Shown here in pieces: positions 24,990 through 39,200 of a DNA stretch of 64,000 nucleotides; position 1 is the first letter of the stretch, and each line of letters opens with the position of its first letter. Source of the stretch: Octopus sinensis (taxonomy: Eukaryota). The DNA lies in NCBI RefSeq assembly GCF_006345805.1, contig NC_042998.1, positions 111,538,001 to 111,602,000 of the forward strand, written 5' to 3'. The notes below the pieces were generated by a model that saw only the letters and a list, made by a program, of their open reading frames with translations, ran no database searches and was not told the origin of the DNA. The translations under genes and the position numbers were made by a program.

Positions 24990-26452
24990 TGTGTGTGTGT
25001 GCGTGCGTGCGTGTGCGTGTGTGTGCGTGCGTGCGTGTGCGTGTGCGTGCGTGCGTGTGCGTGCGTGCGTGTGCGTGCGTGCGTGTGCGTGCGTGCGTGT
25101 GCGTGCGTGCGTGTGCGTGCGTGCGTGTGCGTGCGTGCGTGTGCGTGCGTGCGTGCTGCGTGCGTGCGTGCGTGGTGTGCGTGCGTGTGTGCGTGCATTT
25201 GTGTGTGTGTGTGTGTGTGTGCGTGCGTGTGCGTGCGTGCGCGTGCGTGCGTGCGCGTGCGTGCGTGCGCGTGCGTGCGTGCGCGTGCGTGCGTGTGCGT
25301 GCGTGCGTGTGCGTGCGTGCGTGTGCGTGCGTGTGCGTGCGTGCGTGTGCGTGCGTGCGTGTGCGTGCGTGCGTGTGCGTGCGTGCGCGTGCGTGCGTGC
25401 GCGTGCGTGCGCGTGCGTGCGTGCGTGCGCGTGCGTGCGCGTGCGTGCGCGTGCGTGCGCGTGCGTGCGTGCGCGTTCGTGCGTGCGTGCGCGTGCGTGC
25501 GTGCGCGTGCGTGCGTGCGCGTGCGTGCGTGCGCGTGCGTGCGTGCGCGTGCGTGCGTGCGCGTGCGTGCGTGCGCGTGCGTGCGTGCGCGTGCGTGCGT
25601 GCGCGTCCGTGCGTGCGCGTGCGTGCGTGCGCGTGCGTGCGTGCGCGCGCGTGCGTGCGCGTGCGTGCGTGCGCGTGCGTGCGTGCGCGTGCGTGCGTGC
25701 GCGTGCGTGCGCGTGCGTGCGTTGCGCGTGCGTGCGTGCGCGTGCGTGCGTGCGCGTGCGTGCGTGCGCGTGCGTGCGTGCGCGTGCGTGCGTGCGTGCG
25801 CGTGCGTGCGTGCGTGCGCGTGCGTGCGTGGCGTGCGCGTGCGTGCGTGCGCGTGCGTGCGTGCGTGCGCGTGTGCGTGCGTGCGTGCGCGTGCGTGCGT
25901 CAGCGTGCGTGCGTGCGCGTGCGTGCGTGCGTGGCGTGCGTGCGTGCGCGTGCGTGCGTGCGCGTGCGTGCGTGCGCGTGCGTGCGTGCGCGTGCGTGCG
26001 TGCGCGTGCGTGCGTGTGCGTGCGTGCGCGTGCGTGCGTGTGCGTGCGTGCGTGTGCGTGCGCGTGCGTGCGTGCTGCGTGCGTGCGTGCGCGTGCGTGC
26101 GCGCGCGTGCGTGCGCGCGCGTGCGTGCGTCAGCGTGCGTGCGTGCGTGCGTCAGCGTGCGTGCGTGCGTCAGCGTGCGTGCGTGCGCGTGCGTGCGTGC
26201 GCGTGCGTGCGCGCGCGTGCGTGCGTCAGCGTGCGTGCGTGCGTCAGCGTGCGTGCGTGCGTCAGCGTGCGTGCGTGCGCGTGCGTGCGTGCGCGTGCGT
26301 GCGTGCGCGTGCGTGCGTGCGCGTGCGTGCGTGCGCGTGCGTGCGTGCGTGCGCGTGCGTGCGTGTGCGTGCGTGCGTGTGCGTGCGTGCGCGTGCGTGC
26401 GTGCGCGTGCGTGCGTGTGCGTGCGTGCGTGTGCGTGCGTGCGTGTGCGTGC
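24990..26452. repeat. 1.46-kb (GTGC)n/(GTGCGC)n alternating purine-pyrimidine satellite
   Basis: Directly visible. The 526-570 aa ORFs here are repeat translations. Confidence 0.95.
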
Positions 26453-27140
26453 ATCTGTGTGTGTGTGTCTGTATGAAATGTTTCTTTTTCATGAATGATT
26501 GAAAAATACTTTTCTGCATTGCTACCATAATCAACAACATTTTTCGATTGTTTGGGTTCCAGGAACCAGAAACGAACTGAAAGTTGCGTCTGGTTAAAAG
26601 GCTTCTATTTAAGAGCACACTGATCCAGACATTTTATCGTTAAAAGTTTGGTACATAAGCACTCAAAAGCAGACAGTGTATTACACACAGATGCACACTA
26701 ATACACTCGTATATATATGTATATATATACATATTGTGTATATACGTGTGTGTATGTGTGCGTGCGTGTGTCTACATAAATATGTGTGTGTGTGTCTACA
26801 TAAATGTGTGTGTATGTATATATGAGTATGATTATATGTGTATATATATATATTTGTATAACTGTATGAGTGTAGACGTGTAAGTCTGTATGTTTACTTG
26901 AGTGTGTGTGTGTATATTATGGAATTCTATAAATACTGGAGGGGTTTTTTTTCCGCGAAAGTGATAATTAATGATTATATATTTTCGTTATTTTTCTCTT
27001 TGTGATTCACTAATATATCTTAATTTCACTATGTTAACACACACGCATATGCTCACATATTCACACATTTAGCACGTGCAGCAAACATATATTCAGATAC
27101 ATTAATATATGTGTAAACACACGCATATATATTAATGGGT

Positions 27141-28342
27141 ACTGAGGCTGTTACTCAACCACTCAAATGTGGACGTAATATACCTTGATTTTGCAAAAGC
27201 TTTTAACAAAGTTGACCATGGTATGATATGCTACAAACTGCGTGATTTCGGCCTGTCTGGAAAATTTGGAGAGTGGTTACATGACTTTCTGAAAGATAGA
27301 AGTCAAGCAGTAGTGGCCAATGAAGCCACCTCAATGAAAACACAAACAGTGCGCGGTGTTCCACGGGGCTGTCTTGGGACCACTGCTTTTCATAATGACT
27401 CTCTCAGATATGCCCTCAACAGCCCGGATAGCCGCCCTTGTTAGCTACGCAGACGATACGAAAGTCTCGCAGAAAATACAGAAAAGCCCAACGATGTTGC
27501 ACATCTGCAGCAGGAGTTGGACTCAATTTACAGATGGACTGAGGATAATAATATGCAGTTCAATGCAGAAAAATACCAAGCCCTACGCTACCAGCGTCCA
27601 AAACTGAATATGAAAGTTAAAGAGTACACTGGTCCACAGGGAATTACAATCCCAGAGCCTAAATCAGTGAGGGACCTGGGTATAGACATGAGTGGTGATT
27701 CCTCTTTCCAAGTGCACATCACCAGGATGGCGACAAAGTGCAGCAAACATATATTCGACTGGCTGGATGGATCCTGAGAATATTCAGAACTAGAGATAAG
27801 GAAACCATGATTGTCCTCTGAAAAGAAGATCGTCCTCTGAAAAGAAGATCGTCTCTTTGCAACAGTTCAGCTACTGGGAAAGGCTGAAACAGCTAAGACT
27901 CTACTCCCTGGAGTAAAGGCGAGAGACGTATGCAGTAATATATATTTGGAAGATCATAGAAGGAATTGTGCCAAATTTTGGCATTGAAAGCTACATCAAT
28001 GCCAGAACGGGTCGACACTGCACAGTGCCAAAGATCCCAGCAATGCTATCGCGCTTCAGGACCAGTTACTGCAACAGCCTGGGTTTCAGGGGCCCACTTC
28101 TCTCAGAGAGCCTGAGGAACTTGCACAAAGTAGATGTAGGCGTTTTTAAATCAAGGCTGGACTTCCTGTCGAGAGTCCCAGACGAGCCTACCTCATGGCA
28201 AGAGGTGCAAATGAGGCTAGCTACATAAAACTCCATTCTACACCAAGTGCCGCATATTAGCGGAGCATCTCAGTAACAACAGTGTAGCAAAACGGCGGTG
28301 CTCCAGTATGGCTACAGCTCTGAGCTGAAACTACAAAAAAAA
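27141..28342 (+). mobile_element. CR1/Jockey-group LINE 3' portion (RT, frameshifted)
   Basis: DVIYLDFAKAFNKVDH, GVP.GAVLGPLLF, YADDTK, QFNAEKY, SVRDLG, VPDEP. 3' tail GGCGGTGCTCCAGTATGGCTACAG..CTGAAAC + A-run. Confidence 0.85.
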
Positions 28343-30519
28343 GCACATACACACACGTACTCACGCATTCGTACAGACAATTACACATAGGTAAGCACAT
28401 ATACGTGTACGTAACTATCTCTGGAATGTATTTTCTAAATACACTAATTTTTCTTTACTACTCGAGTTCTTCACCTGCATAGAGAGTCTCTAGCATATGG
28501 ACACCAGCGAAATCTATGCCTCTGAAGAATTATAAGATTGAGAAATATGTCGGGGCTGTTTTCGTTACTTGCCGGAATAACTTAAATAATATTAATCATT
28601 GAGAGTGCATAGTTATTTCTTTTTGATGCACACTTCCTAATATATGGTAACACAAATTATCACTCTGTTAGATACAACGTAGATCGTTATGTAGTACTGT
28701 TTTATAACTGCCTTCTCTCCTCTCTGTGCTTACTAAAAATATCTAAACTCCATCTCAGTTCTTCCTCAACAACCTATGAAACTCAACATACACGATATAA
28801 CTACTATTGCCCCTAATCGTTTTATTTTATATCTTTTAACCTGAAGAGAAGGCACTGCTCGAGATCTTTTACGGGACTACAAAGACTGGTTACAGAGAGA
28901 GAGAAAATTATACTAAAGCCGCGAAGCTTTGACCCAAATGCTTACAACGGAGTGGATTTCACTAAAGGCACTAAAGGTGCCAGATGATAATGCTAAACAT
29001 GGCAACAAATTTAGTCTACCACCTATAGTAAGTTTCTTCTTTCGTTGCTGTCACTTCAGCCTTACCACGCTAAAACGATCTTTTGCTAACCCAGCCATCA
29101 TCTACTGCAGTCAGTCGTGGTGAACATTTCGCTGTCTTTCGTTCTATAGCACGTCTACGTTTGTTATCTACATAGCTCCAAATTATTTATGTTCATTTGA
29201 TTATTACAAAGCCATAGAAAATAAGATATGCGACGGTGTCTATTACACCGCTACTTCAACTCGGCAACCAAAAGTAGTTAAAGAGTTACGAGAGAAATCC
29301 AGATCGGATTGAAACACTCACTACCTACCCTAAGCCGTCATCTGTTCATGTGAGGGATAAATATATTTATACTCGTATGTAAATGCATGAATTATTTATA
29401 AACATAAATTATTATTAGCGTTATATTTAAAATGACAATTCTTGACAGTAATCTTCTCGAAGAGCTAATGCAAATAAATACATGTTAAAAGTGTAGATAG
29501 ATTTAACTGTTGACAGATACATTGAAATCTCATTTCCCGCTCATGCAAAATGAAATATAGAAAGGTTATACGTACAAATGTCAAATACATCATTAATCCT
29601 TCTTATATGACATAATTTTAGTGCATGGTTGCAAGATGATTCGTGTTTCTGTTACAGTTTATACGAATCGATAGTTTCCATGCCACTTCCGAGAAATGAA
29701 GTTATATGTCTATATATCGTATTAAATAGGGGAAATATAGTTGAGTGGAGAACTTGTAGAACTACCAACTCGATTCCAATTAAATTTAGATGGTTTGTCG
29801 TGTCTCTAAGAAGGATATTTTATTCTGCATGTCTCAGCTCAACTGAATCTTTTCAGAATATTACTTGAATTTTGAGAGACTTGTCTATTAAAAGTGTATT
29901 GTTTAAAATTTGGCTTTTAAAAATTGAATCGGATCGAAAAGTAAAATATTGATAATTTCTAATTAATCTTTACATACTGACATGTTCTAATTAATCTTTA
30001 CTTATTTTTTATAAGGTTTGTATCTAGAAAAATAAGCATATTTACTAAAAGCATAAGATAAATGTAAGAAGATAAGGAAGTCGTGCAAAGCTTAACACGA
30101 CGCTCGACTTCAATGCTAAATGAACCAGCTTGAAAAAGAAGACAAATCCCTTTATCATTAAAGTCTACTGTCATAAAAAAAAACATTGTATAACGTAGTT
30201 CAGAATAAGCTGTGATTGAATAATATGGAATGATCATAGTTGAAGAGCTTTTTGTCTTTAAAAGATGCTGAATTAATGTAAAGCAAAAGCATTCATATTA
30301 TTCAGGTACATTTTTGTGAGTTCACTCTATAATACAAAATCTGAGAACAGACTACTGGCTCCCTCACCTCCAGTATTTATCTTTTTTTAAACATTAATAT
30401 GCAGATGTTCAGACTGGACATCAATCTCATTAATATTACAAGTATAGAGAGGAAAACTAGCAGAGGTGATGGTTACAACCTCAGTCCTTTGACTAATTAC
30501 TCTTCTTTTTGTTATTGGT

Positions 30520-30705
30520 ATGAGACCTGCAATTTGGTGGGATGGGTCGATTACATCCACTCAAGTGTTTATCTGGTACTTATTTCATCGACCCTGCAAG
30601 AATGAAAGGCAAAGAAAACCTCGGTGGAGTTTGAAATCCGAATATACAGACGGATGAAATGCCGCTAAGCATTTTTGCCCGGAGTACTAACGATTCTACT
30701 AGATT
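30520..30705 (-). mobile_element. SINE family 2
   Basis: TCGACCC..GAATGAAAGGCAAAG..CCTCGG.GGA.TTTGAA, GAAATGCCGCTAAGCATTT. Confidence 0.75.
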
Positions 30706-31068
30706 TACTTTGACTAACTAACAAATGATGTTCAGAGAATAGCATATGAAGTGAATCGATCTGCACCGTAACTGTTTCTGTGAATTAATATATGAATGAT
30801 ATGGCATCATGAGACTATAAATATGCTTCCTTAGACTTGTATACACACACTCAGACACACACACACACGCACATACACACATATACACATACAAACACAT
30901 CCACACACACACACACACACACACACTCAGACATATCAGGGATCAAGTATGACGCCAAAATAAGTGAAAAATATGTGAAACTCCGCAACTATGTGCACAT
31001 ATATGCAAATAAGAATTATTAAGTGCACACACTCAAAATACATGACACAGGTATGGTTGTGCAAGCCA

Positions 31069-31132
<64 letters not shown>

Positions 31133-31663
31133 GTGTACAAAATATGCGCGGACATACACGTGTCTATATTTATATTTTCGAATTGATTGAAAGAAGATGA
31201 TAATTGGGGGTGGTTCCCTCGCTATGTATATTCATTTCTTCATCCTAAAATTTCGTGCGATCATATGTGATTTTGCTGTGTTGTCATCCTAGATGGAGAA
31301 GAGCAACAACGTCCTATGTGGTAGGCTTCAAAATTGTTGAAATTTCTCTCGACATAAAACCAATGGTATCCTTGTCAACCCACATCCACCGGTGCAGCGC
31401 TCAGCGCTCATTTTCACTATTCGGTATGTATGTATGTATGTATATGTGTGTATGTATGCACACATATATGAGTGTGTCAGTGTAGATGTACATTCCTGCA
31501 TGTACGCATATGTATATATATATAGTATAAAATATATATACATATAGATGTATATATATATTGTACTATATATATATATATATAGTATAAAATATATATA
31601 CATATAGATGTATATATATATTGTACTATATATATATATATATATTATATATATATATATATG

Positions 31664-33498
<1,835 letters not shown>

Positions 33499-33509
33499 TA
33501 AGCAATAAA

Positions 33510-33800
33510 GGGTTTAGCAACGAATTGCCTTACCACATACCGAATTTAGAAATAGCAGTCAAAGAGTTATAGCTATTTCTTCTACTAAAAAGGGAGATCT
33601 CAGTAAAAACAGCAATTGGAAGGCAGACACAAACAGGTAAAAGAGAATGAATTGACGGCAATCTATCATACAATTTTAAGTTATCTACGGACGCACGTTT
33701 CGAAATCACGTTTTTAGGAAAGCATAAGAATTAAATATTAAATAATTCTACCTTACCAAAACTTCTTTTCTCTTCAGCGTAGAATACTATAATCATAAAT
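33510..33800 (-). mobile_element. Third, reverse-oriented member of the 8160/9584 element family
   Basis: 33510-33590 (AGGGTTTAG..TTACCACA.ACCGAA.TTTAGAAATAGCAG.CAAA..AGCTATTTC.TCTACTA) matches the arm at 9606-9690. TA arrays on both sides. Confidence 0.65.
33684..33783 (-). ncRNA. Type-I hammerhead ribozyme motif with long loop 2
   Basis: Minus strand TCTACG-CTGAAGA-GAAA-(about 60 nt)-TTTC-GAAAC-GTGC-GTC-CGTAGA: 6-bp stem I, 4-bp stem II, GUC site. Confidence 0.75.
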
Positions 33801-33801
33801 G

Positions 33802-33866
<65 letters not shown>

Positions 33867-33995
33867 ATGAGCACATTCACTGGTAATTGAACTTGGAATG
33901 TTAAAAGCTATAATTAAATACAAGGAATTTTGTCCAACGTTCTAATGATTCTCTCACCACCACTTTATTTTCCTTATTATTATTAATAGTAATTT

Positions 33996-34218
33996 AAAGG
34001 CGGCGAGCTAGCAGAATCGTTTGCACGATGGGCAAAATGCTTAGCGACATTTCGTCAGTCTTTACGTTCTGAGCTCAAATTCTGTCGAGGTCGACTTTGC
34101 CTTTCAACATTTCAGGGGTCGATAAATTAAGTACCAATGAAACGCTGGAGTCAATGTAATCGACTAGTTTCCTCTCCAAAAATTTCAGGCCTTGTGCTTT
34201 CAGTAGAAAGTATTATTA
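33996..34218 (+). mobile_element. SINE family 2
   Basis: AAGGCGGCGAGCT.GCAGAATCGTT..AAATGCTTAGCG.CATTTCG..GGGGTCGAT..GGCCTTGTGC. Confidence 0.8.
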
Positions 34219-36254
34219 ATAGTAATTTACATATCAGTTTTCGACTGTTCAAATTATTAACAAAGACAGAAGTCAACGGAAGCTATCTGACTATCTCACT
34301 TTTTTTCTCAAAACCATGGCAGCTATAAATAATATTGCTTTTGATAATATCTGACCATAACTAGCATTGTTAATAAAAATAATGCTTCACAGAAATAATG
34401 TTATACCAACATTATGAAAAATATGATAATAAGATATAGTTCCTCTTAGCACAAAGTGAGAATATTGTAACGTATTTGTATACTATCTCTGGAGGAATTA
34501 TATTTCGTTAAGGACAAACTGGATGTTGAGATAATGTTACGAGATCAACTCATTAAAGTGTTTTAGGAAAAAAGATAATATCTGCAAACACCTAGTTGTT
34601 GTCACTGTTGTGTTTTTATTGTTCTTGCTTAATCCTAACTTTGCCTTTATCAGGCAAACCTATAATTATACATTCTCTTTATGGCCATCTCTTTTATTCA
34701 GATGTAATGTATTAAGTACTGCATTATTCTATGTATCTTTTTTTCGTGACAGTAATGTGTGATTTGAGAAATACTTGGCTACTGTTTATAACTAGTTGAA
34801 CGGCCACAAAGTAAAATATTATGCTAAACATGTATATATAGAACGCATTTACGTGAATTGCTTATGTAAAGACAGACTATTTCGGAACTGCTCGAGATTC
34901 AATCAAGGTTATCCCAAGTGACATTCGAACCGCGGGGTACACCAAGCTAATAAATAATCTTGAGAATAAAGATTCCACATACACCTTGCGGTAATGCATG
35001 ATTAAATTGAAACATGTCTTTAACACCGACCAGAATATTGACTAATGAACCAGCAAACACTAAAGCGATATTCCCCTTCAATCTAGAAATAAAAATACAA
35101 AATTCTTACAGGGGAACATGGCGACATTTATAGTGAACATTGTTAGATTTTCTGAGATGTGATAAAAACAGATCGACTATGGCAAGTTTATGTCATTAAA
35201 GTATAACCTTCTTGTGAAACATGTAATTACGGAAGCTAGTTAGTATACAAACGCCAGGACGAAACCTCCCAGACATGGAACGACAAATCATATTTACTGA
35301 ATGTTAACTTCTGCCGAAAACCTCCAATGGAAACTTCCATTCAATAGAAACAATTTACATAAGATATACTTTTCTGAAATGAGACCATCTAAGTCAAGCC
35401 TAGCAAAGATAAAAACAAAATTATGAGCATTTGTACTCTGTACCCTGGTCCCAAGTTCACATATTTACAGTTATAACCAACTGTGCATGTTTACATATGC
35501 AAACACTTTGGAAGTAAGAAGATTACGTTAACGAGAAATAAACATAAGTTTCTTAATCCGTATTCTACAAATTATCCAGTAAAGAAACAGTCAAAATATG
35601 CAAGACATTAGACACTTCAAAGCTTTAGGATCTACCATTTTGACGTTCTTCCATTTGCTAGTAAACTGCTTATTTCTATAGACAGGATTTCGTCTATCGG
35701 AGAGACGGAAAGATGGAAAAAGTTGTTGTATTGTTAAAAGATTCCATTTTCCAACAACTAATTGTCGTCTGGTACACCGGAAAGAGGCAACACATTTCGT
35801 AAAGGTAATCTGACTTCTTACAAAAAATGTTCAATAAATTACAATGAATATACGTACACGTGTTTTACATAAGCAATTTTAAAAAGTCATATTTAAAGGT
35901 GTACAAACATACATGCTTTCACATAGTAGCATATGTAAATATATACCAACCGGCACGAATCCACCTGCACACGCACACATCCACTCATACATACATAGAC
36001 ACAGACATACATACGCACGCATACATGCATACATACATGCATACATACATACATTACCTACATACATACGTACGTACGTACATTACATACATACATTACA
36101 TACATATATACGTACGTACACACATACATGCATACATACATACATACATACATACATACATACATACATACATGCATGCATACATACATACATACATACA
36201 TACATACATACATACATACATACATACATACATACATACATACGCACGTACATA

Positions 36255-39200
36255 TGACGCCGTCACTATCAGATGTGCAGGCGTAGAGTACCGTTTAAAA
36301 TTTATTTTGGAGCATTTTTTCTACATTTATCTCAACTCCTCTAGCCTAAATCAATAACTGGTTTATTTCTCCAATTATAAATAAACACCTTTTACTCCCG
36401 TCCTAAATTCAGCAACCCACTTTTGCACTATAAATAAAGCTGGGGTGTTATTCCTTAATGTAGCAAGTATGTCCGAATGAGTGTCCTGGGAGGGGAGACC
36501 CCATTTTTTTTACCTGTAGGTATCTGAAGTCTTCTTTGAACAATCAGAGATTAATTTACTTGGAATGAAAGTATACAGTTATTAATAAGAAGAGTTAAAA
36601 TAGAAGCATGCAAGATTTCACAGCCTTAACATCACTCCTTCATAAACAGCTTAGGTACTTTTGAGCCTACCCTCGGAGCGTTATTCAAACTTGATTTTAA
36701 AAAATATTCCTTATACCACGTGGAATTTCGCTAACATGATCATGGTCGAAATTCAGAACAATACCACCGGCGAAAACGGTACTACAATACCAGTAAGCTA
36801 TCTGAGAAGACATAAGTACTTCCATTTTATTTGAACTTTAAATCTAAACCAGGTAAGGCTAAGAAAAAGCCCGTGAAGACCCTTCTATCAGATATATGAA
36901 GCGTTTATAAAAATCCTGGGACGAAGCTCATCTCAACTTAAGCACCATTACAACGAAACAACTTCGGTAGCAAGCCAAATAGAAAAATGGCTTGCTCTTG
37001 TGATGTAAATCCATCTTCTCAAATCACTGAAAACTGGTCAAAACTTGCCAGAAGAGAGATCGAAAATAGTGCAAACAAACCACTGCCGCCATCACTAGAT
37101 TCTCGGGTTTCTCCAAATGTAGCTGAGTCAACAGAGATAACTGGGAAATATATTCAACTTACAAACAACCTGAAACCACAGTCCGTAGAAAACTTTTCTG
37201 TTTTCGAAATTACTGTTAAGCAACAAGTCATTCCTAACAAAATTAAGAAAAAAATTTAACAGCTCCAATATAGAAAGTTATCATGATTCCATGAACTGGA
37301 GATCATATAGAATCACGTGATGTTAATTAATTGAAATATTAATACCTTCATACACTACTGCTATCACTCTTAAAGAACACCTAGGATAAATCTGCAGTAT
37401 ACATATGGTAATGAAACTACTAAACGGAAGCAACCTAGATGGAAAACAAAACTCGAAGAAAACATCAACAATCTGCACTGCCATATTGGATGGTTAACCA
37501 CGATAATATGTAAGGGGAATGAAATGTAAGGGGAATAATGAGTTTACACCTCATCAATAACATCTTACGAATAAATTAGTAAAACTCGGTGGTGATTCTT
37601 CACACCAAGCTCTTGAAAGGTTAATTACTCTAAAACACGAGCTCGAGACGCTGAGCAAACATCTTCGCTACCGAAGGCGAATTTCTGATCGAACCTGTAA
37701 AAATTACAAGTGTGCTTCTAATTCAGAGACATTACACAAAGAGATAAGAATGGAAAATATTAACGTTAAGAAAATCCCTTTTCAATAAAATTTTGCATCA
37801 TTTTGGTCGACAAATTGGAACAAAAAGAGGGACTTCAACCTTAATGCATCGTGGATAAATGCAGTAAGGAGAGAATACTTTAAAGCATATACAATTGACC
37901 GGAAAACTTTCACCGTAACTGTAGCCAAACTCCATAATGGGAAGGCACCGGAAATGGACCTAATAGTTGGATACAGGTATACGAGGCTAATATTTTACAA
38001 GAAATAACTAATATGTATAGGCAAACGCATTATGGCAGATGAGATTGACATATCCAATTGGCATGTCATAGCACGGACAAATCTTGTAGCCGAGAATGAA
38101 ATCACCGAGGTGGCAGAAAACTATAGACTCATTGCTTGCCTAAATATTATTTCAAACTGTACCCAAGCTTCCTCAACCAATTCCTTCAGGATTATTGTGA
38201 ATCTAACAATATAGTGACTTATGAACAGGCTGGTGGAAAGAAGGGTGTGTGAGGATGTGCTGAACAACTCTTGATAAAGAAAGCTGTACTGTCTGAAATG
38301 AAAAAAATATCGTAGGAACCTTACAACAATATGGCTTGATTATAGGAAGGACTTTGACTCTATTCTCCACTCATGATTGTTGAAGTGTCTCCATTTTGCA
38401 AAAGTACTTGCTATCTTAACTGCCACCATTGAGAGATTCGTAAAGACCTGGGCAACAATCCTTACGCTAAAAATTGAGAGCGGAGCAATTAACTCCAATG
38501 TTATAAATATTTCAAAGGGAATATTCCAAACAAATAGATTTTCTGTAATTCAGTTCATTTTGACATTAAATCCATTATCATTCCTGCTACAAAAATCAAA
38601 TGGACTCACTTTAGTGTCTGCAAACTGCTAGAAATATTTATGTAGGATATAATTTCTTTGTGGGTGACCTCAAGATTTATGTTAAAATGTGAACAATGCT
38701 AAAAAATAGTTGGAATTAATAACATTTTCAGCTAACATATGAAATGGAATTTGGCCAAAAGAAATTTTCATATTTGATAGTTGAACAGAGAAAATCAGTT
38801 CCCCAGACTCAAAACTTGTGCATCAATGGTTTCACTATCTCACCTGTTCCATACAAAGAATGTTACATGTACCTAAGCATTGATAAAAACATGCAATGCG
38901 AAGATACTGAGAATAAAGATTGTAACTCGAGGATACTTTGCTAGTCTTAGAAAAATATGGCAGTCAGGAATCTTCTCTTATAACAAGACAATATCTCACA
39001 ATGTATTTTCAGTACCAGTGCTGATTCCAACATTTGGGATGCCTGACTAGTCTGATTAAAGTATCCACTTCATAGACGTTAATACCCGCAAAATTCTGAA
39101 GTCAAGGGGAAATCTCCATTATAAGAGGGATATCAACAGGCTCTAAGAAGGGATAAAGCAGATGGCGACTAGAGATCAATGTAGACAGTTTTCGAATATC

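Noticed and set aside
24786-26502. 570-aa and 526-aa Cys/Val/Arg/Ala ORFs
   Set aside because: Translations of a stop-free (GTGC)n repeat, with no evidence of a protein.
31505-31630. About 60-bp tandem duplication within TA-rich DNA
   Set aside because: Ordinary slippage or an assembly artefact in low-complexity sequence.
36255-36295. HDV-like ribozyme at the R4/Dong 5' end (ACGCC..GGCGT hairpin)
   Set aside because: Only a simple hairpin is visible. No P2 or P1.1 pseudoknot could be assigned.
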